From the NCBI GenBank assembly GCA_038063415.1, contig JBBTVD010000009.1:81430-141727 (forward strand): a stretch of 60,298 nucleotides of DNA, given 5' to 3'. The notes beneath the pieces are model-generated. The model saw only the letters and a list, made by a program, of their open reading frames with translations. It had not been told where the DNA came from and ran no database searches. The number at the start of each line of letters is the position of its first letter. Position 1 is the stretch's first letter. Both the position numbers and the translations under genes were made by a program. The DNA is from Patescibacteria group bacterium. GTDB taxonomy: Bacteria; Patescibacteriota; Microgenomatia; Levybacterales; UBA12049. Below, piece after piece: positions 53,612 through 60,298 of the stretch.

Positions 53612-54745
53612 ATGGATACCAAAGAACAGAAATTTTTACTTAAAGATTATCTTTTTAACGAATCACGGGTAACGAAATTGGCTGAACAGATTGCCGTGGT
53701 CTATCCTGCTTTTGAAAAGAAAAAATTTATCAGAACAGTCGTCGATCGATTCCCCGAGCTTGAATTAACTCCACGAATTCGTTGGATGAGTGAACAGCTA
53801 AAAGTTTTTTTGCCTCAGGATTATCGTGAAGCTGTTGGTATTCTGCTTGCTTCACTTCCCTCTCCCAATGATCCCACCAAAACAGATAACGATTTTGGAG
53901 AGTTTATTTATGCTCCATACACTGATTTTGTGGCCAAAAATGGTTGCAATAAGAAAGACTTAGCTTTTTCACTTGAAGCACTTCGGCAGATGACGATGCG
54001 GTTCTCGGCTGAAGAATCAATCAGATATTTCATCAATGCTTTCCCAGAAGAAACGATGAAAACAATACTTACCTGGAGCAAGGATGATCATTATCATGTC
54101 AGAAGACTCACCAGTGAAGGAACCCGTCCCAAGCTCCCCTGGGCACAGAAAATTGTGATTGATCCCAAGGAAGCAGTCCCCATTCTTGATAATCTTTTCT
54201 TTGACAAAACTCGGTATGTTACCAGATCAGTAGCCAATCATGTCAACGATCTTTCCAAAATTGATCCATCACTTGTCTTCTCGCTCCTCAAGAAATGGCA
54301 AACATCAGAGAAGCAAGATCCCAAAGAAATGGAGTATATTATTAATCATTCTCTTCGGACGCTTGTTAAACGTGGTGATAAAGATGCCATCTCATTTCTG
54401 AATTTTTCTACTGACCCGCAGGTTTCAGTTTCAAATTTTCAGATAAAAGACGATCAAGTGGTGATTGGGACAGCTCTCGAATTCTCTTTTACCATTACAG
54501 CGCAGAAGGATGAACGATTACTGATTGACTACCTCATTCATTTCTATAATAAGGCAAGAAATGGTCACAATCAGAAGGTTTTTAAGCTCAAGAAAGTCGC
54601 ATTAAAGAAAGGTGAAAGTATTATCGTTACGAAGAAACATCCGCTCAAACAAATGTCGACAAGAACACTCTATCCAGGGAAACACAAACTGGAGCTACAG
54701 ATTAATGGGAATAAGGTAGCGGAAAAAGAATTTCTATTGAAGTAG
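53612..54745 (+). CDS. HEAT-repeat DNA alkylation repair protein (AlkC/AlkD-like, tentative)
   Basis: 377 aa. YHVRRLTSEGTRPKLPWAQKI resembles the AlkC-type motif as I recall it. Confidence 0.45.
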   Translation: MDTKEQKFLLKDYLFNESRVTKLAEQIAVVYPAFEKKKFIRTVVDRFPELELTPRIRWMSEQLKVFLPQDYREAVGILLASLPSPNDPTKTDNDFGEFIYAPYTDFVAKNGCNKKDLAFSLEALRQMTMRFSAEESIRYFINAFPEETMKTILTWSKDDHYHVRRLTSEGTRPKLPWAQKIVIDPKEAVPILDNLFFDKTRYVTRSVANHVNDLSKIDPSLVFSLLKKWQTSEKQDPKEMEYIINHSLRTLVKRGDKDAISFLNFSTDPQVSVSNFQIKDDQVVIGTALEFSFTITAQKDERLLIDYLIHFYNKARNGHNQKVFKLKKVALKKGESIIVTKKHPLKQMSTRTLYPGKHKLELQINGNKVAEKEFLLK

Positions 54746-55492
54746 TCATGCCGCTTGTGGCAATGTAAGCCTTGCCAACGGCGCTCCCCACTCCGCCATA
54801 CTATCATATTGACTTAAATCAAAATGATCCAAAGGAAAGCGAGGTACAACAAGCCTATCGTACTTATACGAATCTAGCACCTTTTTAATTTTTCGATAAT
54901 CATCAGGGGGAATTTTGTTTTGTGCAAGGTAGGCTAAGGTAATATGACCCACAAAATCTTCTGGTTTTCTATTGGCGATTTCATTATCCCCTCCTAATCT
55001 ATGTAGTCCATTATAATAAGCACTTCCTATCGAATGTACAGCGTCCCAGCTTGCATCATCAGTTGGTTCGACAAAGAGTACAATTGAGGTGTTGCCAACA
55101 AGCTTCGGTTGGCCGTGAATTTCAAACTGAGGAGCTACCAAGGGAGGCTGTTGTTCCAGTAATCGTTGGTTGACGCTTCTAGTGATACCGCGGATGTCGT
55201 CTTGCGTATCTTGACTCATGTCATGGCCTGCTTCAGTAATCGTAGCATGATGGGTATTCTCGGGAAGTACCTCTCCCAAATACTGATCTACTCTAGCAAC
55301 GGCAAGGCGATGCATGAGTCCTCTTGCAAGGTCTCCTGTTACCGCTTGCACTTCTGGAGAAGGGAAAGCAATGATTGAGGATCCCCGATACTCTTTTGCT
55401 GCTCCTCTTGGAGTATCGTATTTTTTTAGCGCACCTGGATTGACCACAAAATTCCCTTCATGATCCCATTTTTTCTGTCCCAAGCCATTCAA
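54746..55492 (-). CDS. 2H phosphoesterase superfamily protein (tentative)
   Basis: 248 aa with two HxT motifs (HHATI and GHITL) at appropriate spacing. Confidence 0.45.
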   Translation of the reverse strand: MNGLGQKKWDHEGNFVVNPGALKKYDTPRGAAKEYRGSSIIAFPSPEVQAVTGDLARGLMHRLAVARVDQYLGEVLPENTHHATITEAGHDMSQDTQDDIRGITRSVNQRLLEQQPPLVAPQFEIHGQPKLVGNTSIVLFVEPTDDASWDAVHSIGSAYYNGLHRLGGDNEIANRKPEDFVGHITLAYLAQNKIPPDDYRKIKKVLDSYKYDRLVVPRFPLDHFDLSQYDSMAEWGAPLARLTLPQAA

Positions 55493-55617
55493 GCTGTCGT
55501 CTGCGCATATGTCTTCTCCAGTCAGAAATGTGTGGACCTATTTCCCTTCTGTTCTCTACGTTTGGCATAGGGTAATATTATATTGCATGTATATTAAAAT
55601 TTATCTATCATATTTTT

Positions 55618-55713
55618 ATGACTGAAAGAGTTATCGATCCACAAGCGGTTGAAGCTAGTGAATATGCTCGTAAGAATGGCAGAGTAGTTATGGCAGCTGG
55701 TGAGAAATATTAG
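55618..55713 (+). CDS. small ORF, 31 aa (MTERVIDPQAVEASEYARKNGRVVMAAGEKY)
   Basis: TTGCAT-17 nt-TATCAT promoter (55583-55611) ends exactly 6 nt before the ATG. Confidence 0.3.
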   Translation: MTERVIDPQAVEASEYARKNGRVVMAAGEKY

Positions 55714-55748
55714 TATATTTTATCTTTCTTTTTTCCTATAATTTAAGA

Positions 55749-55820
55749 ATGAAACTTGCAAACAAAGCTATCTCTGTGGGTGTTTGGTCAGATGACTACA
55801 AAACGCTTGCCAAGTGGTAA
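55749..55820 (+). CDS. small ORF, 23 aa (MKLANKAISVGVWSDDYKTLAKW)
   Basis: TATAAT (55737-55742) ends exactly 6 nt before the ATG. Confidence 0.3.
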   Translation: MKLANKAISVGVWSDDYKTLAKW

Positions 55821-55824
55821 GTAA

Positions 55825-56592
55825 CTATCTTTTGAGAAACTTCTCAACAGCCTCATAAAATTCATTTGGTCTTTCCAAATGGGCAAAATGTGTCGCTTCT
55901 GGTATTTCTAGTAGTTGCGAGTTTTTTATCAGCCTATGTAGTCGTTTCCCCATGCTTGGTTCTCCCAGGTGGTCTTTTCTTCCGGAGATAATAAGAGTAT
56001 CTGTAGTAATCTTTTTTATCTGATCCGTTAGATCTTGTGGACCTTGGATGTATATATCTAGCATGCGTTGAGATTTTTGTTTGGTAATCTGTAGCTCGTT
56101 ACGGTACTGCTTTGGCCGAAAAAGAACTGTATGAAGTTTATATAACTGGTTTGGAAAAAGATGCTTGCCAATCCTGCTAAGCTGCCTAAATACATGTCGT
56201 GAAAGTTTCTTCTGTAGAGATTGCGGTGGCAGTCCTCCATTGCTATAGAGGATCAGTTTATCTACTGGATATTTCGAGGCATAGAATGCGGCAATTCGTC
56301 CACCAAATGAATGGCCAATTATGATTGGGTTTTGTATATTCAATTTTATAGCAAATGCATGGACAAAGTTTGCATAGTCCTCTATTTTCCACATCTTTGG
56401 TGGTTCATAACTCTGTCCAAATCCTGGCAGATCAAGTGTATAGATGTGATACTCTTTTTCAAATCTGTTAATAACATCTTCCCAGAAGGCATGTGACTGT
56501 CCCCAACCATGGAGTAAGAGCATATACTTCTCTCCTGTACCATTCTCTTGATAGAAGACTTTGATCTGATCAATTATTATTGCCTTATCCAT
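55825..56592 (-). CDS. alpha/beta-fold hydrolase
   Basis: 255 aa with HGWGQS and nucleophile elbow GHSFGG. Confidence 0.8.
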   Translation of the reverse strand: MDKAIIIDQIKVFYQENGTGEKYMLLLHGWGQSHAFWEDVINRFEKEYHIYTLDLPGFGQSYEPPKMWKIEDYANFVHAFAIKLNIQNPIIIGHSFGGRIAAFYASKYPVDKLILYSNGGLPPQSLQKKLSRHVFRQLSRIGKHLFPNQLYKLHTVLFRPKQYRNELQITKQKSQRMLDIYIQGPQDLTDQIKKITTDTLIISGRKDHLGEPSMGKRLHRLIKNSQLLEIPEATHFAHLERPNEFYEAVEKFLKR

Positions 56593-56645
56593 GGGTATAG
56601 TATACTAATTAAGTTATCTGTATGTCAGAATGACAATTTTTGAAT

Positions 56646-56942
56646 ATGAATATATTTTGGAGATCGATTTTTATTGTCTTGTTAGCCTTTTTTGTCGTTC
56701 ATTTACTGCGGGATATCCTCCAAATTTTTGATGTCAATACTCCTCTTGCAACGCTTATGCGAACCAACCATAGCTGGTGTCGGCCATTTTGTGATTTTGC
56801 CACACTTCCGCATGAAATATTTGGTATTATTGGCTCAAGTATTGTTTTGAGACGGAACAAAATGGGTATTCTAGGATGGCTTGTCCTCCTCTCCCTCCCC
56901 CTCTGGACGATTGGATTTGTGATGGAGGAATTTGTACCGTGA
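56646..56942 (+). CDS. small membrane protein, hypothetical
   Basis: About 98 aa with three hydrophobic helices. Overlaps the antisense gene fragment. Confidence 0.3.
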   Translation: MNIFWRSIFIVLLAFFVVHLLRDILQIFDVNTPLATLMRTNHSWCRPFCDFATLPHEIFGIIGSSIVLRRNKMGILGWLVLLSLPLWTIGFVMEEFVP

Positions 56943-57111
56943 GTATATCATGAAGCCATTTTGCTTTGTCTCCTCCTGTTGGGACAGAATTTACCTCAGA
57001 AAGTATCAGTGGCTTATCACTAATGGTTGTTAAGTTTTCATAGTCTCTTCGGAAGACTCCTGCAAAGTCCGACCATCCGCTCCATTCATGAATCCCCCCA
57101 GTTACGTGCAA
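56827..57111 (-). pseudogene. C-terminal fragment of a glycoside-hydrolase-like gene (GH26/GH5-like)
   Basis: PLILSEVNSVPTGGDKAKWLHD resembles the catalytic-nucleophile region of (beta/alpha)8 glycanases. No ATG and no N-terminal part. Abuts the R-M genes. Confidence 0.3.
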
Positions 57112-57190
57112 CCGTATAAGTCGTAATCTCTTATTAGAAATTGAAATTGAAGTATGTTATCATTAATTCACTCAATTGTATTCCTCAATT

Positions 57191-58234
57191 ATGAAAAAGT
57201 CTAATCTAAATATAGAAAATAAAGATAATTATAAATTCACTTTTATCGATTTGTTTGCTGGAATAGGCGGAACGAGACTTGGCTTTAAAGAAGCAGGTGG
57301 GAAATGTGTTTTCACATCCGAATGGGATGAATCTTGTAAAAAGACCTACGAAGCAAACTTTGGCGAAAACCCTCATGGCGATATCACGAAAATCAAAGCA
57401 GAAGAGATTCCTGAATTCGATATTCTTGTAGCTGGTTTTCCCTGTCAACCTTTTAGTTCAATCGGGAAGCGCCAAGGGTTTATGCATGCAACTCAGGGTA
57501 CTCTCTTCTATGATATTCTGCGCATTCTAAGAGATAAAAAAAGTCATCTCGGTCCAAAAGCTTTTCTGTTAGAAAATGTTCAAGGCTTAACGACACATGA
57601 TAAAGGCAATACGCTTAATACTATCCGTAAATCGTTAGATGAATTAGGCTATAAAGTATTCTATCAAGTTTTAGATTCGGCAAATTTTGGAGTCCCTCAG
57701 CATAGAAAGCGTATTTATATTGTAGGTTTTAGAAAAGATCTATTTGGTGAAGATATCGAGTTTAGATACCCGCAAACTAATAACAGAGAGTCTTATATAA
57801 ACGAATTTCTCGAAGAGAATGTGGATGGGTATTCTATCTCAAAGCGTCTACAAGAAACGTATTTATTTAAGCTCGATGATGGGAGACCACATCTTGTTAA
57901 TAAGGAGTCTAGGATTCAGATAAAAACACTTGTTGCGAGTTATCATAAAATTCAACGGTTAACGGGAACATTTGTTGAAGATGGGCCGACAGGAATACGA
58001 TTATTTACTCAGAATGAATGTAAGGCCATTATGGGTTTTCCAAAAGGTTTCAAAATTCCAGTATCACGTACGCAAATGTATAGACAAATGGGAAATTCTG
58101 TCGCAGTTCCTGTTGTTGAGGCGGTAGCCAAAGAAATGGTAAAAATCTTAGAGAAACAATCTATTAAAAACCCAAGTAACATGGTAAAATCTAAACTGGC
58201 TCAAATGAGTTTAAATGAATTTACACAAATATGA
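57191..58234 (+). CDS. DNA (cytosine-5)-methyltransferase
   Basis: Motif I FIDLFAGIGG, IV GFPCQPFS, VI ENVQGL, VIII QHRKRIYIVG, X GNSVAVPV. ATG at 57191 preferred over TTG at 57176. Confidence 0.9.
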   Translation: MKKSNLNIENKDNYKFTFIDLFAGIGGTRLGFKEAGGKCVFTSEWDESCKKTYEANFGENPHGDITKIKAEEIPEFDILVAGFPCQPFSSIGKRQGFMHATQGTLFYDILRILRDKKSHLGPKAFLLENVQGLTTHDKGNTLNTIRKSLDELGYKVFYQVLDSANFGVPQHRKRIYIVGFRKDLFGEDIEFRYPQTNNRESYINEFLEENVDGYSISKRLQETYLFKLDDGRPHLVNKESRIQIKTLVASYHKIQRLTGTFVEDGPTGIRLFTQNECKAIMGFPKGFKIPVSRTQMYRQMGNSVAVPVVEAVAKEMVKILEKQSIKNPSNMVKSKLAQMSLNEFTQI

Positions 58235-58857
58235 CAGATATTATCGTACCAACTGATGAATTAACCCCAGAAGAGAAGCAAACGGCAAAGCAAGTTATAA
58301 AAAAATTATTACCCGACATTCGCTCAGATTCAAAATTAAAGCCTCACGAGTTTATCAAAAAATATTGGAAAAATTATCAATCAAATTTTCAAAGCAATCA
58401 AAATATTAATGGCAAAGTACTCGAAGAACTAATTGCTATTACTTTAATACGGAAAAATATTCTGCCTTTCTATATGCAAGCACAGGTAGCATTTATCTCA
58501 TATATTAATTATGATTTCATTATCTATTCAAATGATATTGGACCAATTTCTATTAGTTCAAAAACTAGCCTACGTGAAAGATGGAAGCAAGCAGATCTTG
58601 AAGCAGTAGCTTTAAAATATATTCATCGTAAATCTAAGTCTTTTGTAGTAACATTAGATACTGAAGCCGTCAGGAGAAGACGTATTGATCCCAGTGCATC
58701 TATGGGTATAGACGAATTTATTCTTGCTGATACTGAGGAGTATGATAAAATGCTAGAAACAATTAAGCAGCATGATTTAAGCTTATCTCCAACAGTGGAA
58801 GTGGTAACTTCAAATTTTGTTATAACAGCTGAAAACTACCAAAACCGCTACGAATAA
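58231..58857 (+). CDS. putative type II restriction endonuclease
   Basis: 208 aa with ATGA overlap to the methyltransferase. Possible PD-(D/E)xK-like YDFIIY...ISISSKTSLRERWKQ. Confidence 0.45.
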   Translation: MTDIIVPTDELTPEEKQTAKQVIKKLLPDIRSDSKLKPHEFIKKYWKNYQSNFQSNQNINGKVLEELIAITLIRKNILPFYMQAQVAFISYINYDFIIYSNDIGPISISSKTSLRERWKQADLEAVALKYIHRKSKSFVVTLDTEAVRRRRIDPSASMGIDEFILADTEEYDKMLETIKQHDLSLSPTVEVVTSNFVITAENYQNRYE

Positions 58858-58942
58858 CGGAAACAGATTTTTTGCTATACTCTACCCATGGCCAGGAAAT
58901 ATTCAAATTTTTATGCTTCTCATGATTTTTATTTCTATCAAA

Positions 58943-60298
58943 TTATCTTCTAAGTCCTGCAAAATCGACATTTTCATCTTTGACTACATAGTTCTGCCAA
59001 ACTTTTTCTATATAATTTTTATCAACGATTCCTGGTCTTTTAAAACGGCTAAAACGATTTGCCCATGCTAGTAATTTAGGTTGGTACCGAGGGTGAGCAA
59101 TTGCTGTAAGGAGGAGTGCCCGTTGCTCTAAATCCATACCTTCAAGATTTATTGCACCAAATTCTGTAACAACCCATTGTGCTAGATTTCTTGGTGTTAC
59201 TACTCCTGCACCGTTTTGTAATGTTGGAGCAATCTTTGATTTTCGTATAATGCCTTTATTGATTTCAGAAGGGAGTACAACAATAGCTTTCCCACGTTCG
59301 CTTAACGTTGCCCCCTGCATGAAATTATATTGTCCGCCTGCCGCACTATAAATATCTGTTCCAATTGAATCGGCACAAATTTGTCCAGTAAGATCTATTT
59401 CTAAAGCTGCATTTATAGCAGTCATTTTCTCATTTTGAGCAATTTTAAAAGGGTCATTCATTATTTCAGTTCCATAAAATTCTACAAGTTCTGGATGTTG
59501 TCCAATCCAATCAAAAAATTGTTGGCTTCCAATGGCAAAAGAGGTTTTTATGGGACCTTCAATGACTCCAGCAGCAACTAATGGAGGTATCCCGCTTGAA
59601 AACATTTCGGTAAAAACATGCAAGCCTCGTTTAGTTGTTAATTGAGAGAGAATAGCATTCGGAATTTGGCCTACTCCTATTTGTATAGTCGCGCCATTAT
59701 CTACTAATTTTGCCACATGTTTTCCGATAGCAGATTCAATTGGCGTAAGTGGTTTCTCAGGAGTTTCAGGGTTACCTATAGGGTAGTCAGCTTGTACGGC
59801 AGCATCAAAATATTTATTGTGAATCATTGTATCTCCTGAAGTTCGAGGAACATAGTTGTTTACTTCAGCAATTACTTTAATTCTCTTTTTTTCCCCTCGT
59901 TCTCTTTGCGCAATCGCTATATCTAAAACTTTGCGTGTAGAACCAGATCCAGGGCCAATGGTGCAGACGCCGTTCATATCTGGTGGGCTAACACTTACAA
60001 AAACACAGTCAATAGGGTTACGGCCATTTTTTATCAATCGAGGAAGACTACCTAAATCTGTAGGAACAAATTCTACCCCTCCTTTTTGAGCAGCGGGACG
60101 AGTAGCAGATCCTACAAAAACTGTTCGAGTGTCTACCAATCCTGTAGCAAAAGGATCAGCGAGAATAGCTCCTGTTGGAGGAAAGAGCCCGTTGATTCTA
60201 ATGCTTCTCGGGTTGCCTGTGCCCAAAAGATCCTCTCTCTGTACTTCATTATCAGGGTTTAATGTTCCAGATGCAGCAGCATGATGAACTGCTCCAAG
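58943..60298 (-). CDS. acetyl-CoA hydrolase/transferase family protein (4-hydroxybutyrate CoA-transferase-like), 5-prime end outside the window
   Basis: GGQYNFMQGA and overall family pattern. The frame stays open from 60226 to the window edge, so the TTG start in the ORF track is probably not real. Confidence 0.8.
   Translation of the reverse strand, partial: LGAVHHAAASGTLNPDNEVQREDLLGTGNPRSIRINGLFPPTGAILADPFATGLVDTRTVFVGSATRPAAQKGGVEFVPTDLGSLPRLIKNGRNPIDCVFVSVSPPDMNGVCTIGPGSGSTRKVLDIAIAQRERGEKKRIKVIAEVNNYVPRTSGDTMIHNKYFDAAVQADYPIGNPETPEKPLTPIESAIGKHVAKLVDNGATIQIGVGQIPNAILSQLTTKRGLHVFTEMFSSGIPPLVAAGVIEGPIKTSFAIGSQQFFDWIGQHPELVEFYGTEIMNDPFKIAQNEKMTAINAALEIDLTGQICADSIGTDIYSAAGGQYNFMQGATLSERGKAIVVLPSEINKGIIRKSKIAPTLQNGAGVVTPRNLAQWVVTEFGAINLEGMDLEQRALLLTAIAHPRYQPKLLAWANRFSRFKRPGIVDKNYIEKVWQNYVVKDENVDFAGLRR

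Noticed and set aside
1-60298. Integrase, transposase, phage or conjugation genes that would explain the accessory regions
   Set aside because: None of the ORFs shows recombinase, DDE or tyrosine/serine integrase motifs. tRNA-Val (47992-48065) is not flanked by an obvious island.

Overview
AT-rich, gene-dense 60.3-kb window that reads like a reduced-genome Patescibacteria/CPR-type bacterium. That placement is an inference from domain-minimised housekeeping proteins, an archaeal-type UMP kinase and a large type IV pilus (T4P) locus. Layout: (1) pilT-pilC at the left edge. (2) An accessory stretch of about 8 kb (3.1-11.4 kb) carrying MazF/RHH and DUF433-type toxin-antitoxin pairs, an HTH/NB-ARC STAND NTPase fused to a polytopic membrane domain, and a cassette of SAM-decarboxylase-like, DMT transporter, DUF2156 and a free-standing paralog of the STAND membrane domain. 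(3) A GAF histidine kinase, then pilD, six prepilin-like genes, a PilX-like gene and pilMNO. (4) A long, mostly minus-strand housekeeping block: trmD, KH, rpsP, rnc, nusB, rpmF, hicBA, GAF-ANTAR, glnA, recG, tyrS, PBP1A, pheST, an aromatic amino-acid cluster, rplT-rpmI-infC-thrS, tRNA-Val and tig. (5) A right-hand accessory region with a C5-cytosine methyltransferase plus a putative restriction endonuclease, next to a gene fragment. Three signals stand out. First, a dispersed family of hairpin-pair palindromic repeats (GTCATyC...GrATGAC) sits at 15 loci, and five copies lie inside still-open reading frames of essential genes (pheT x3, trmD, tyrA-pheA fusion). Second, the membrane-fused STAND NTPase is flanked by recurrent TGTCAA/TTGACA palindromes. 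Third, many near-consensus sigma70-like promoters sit so close to start codons that leaderless mRNAs are implied. Two promoter-leader-terminator units look like attenuators, one in front of thrS. No rRNA, CRISPR array, integrase or transposase was seen. All family calls rest on motifs read by eye and need HMM or BLAST confirmation.
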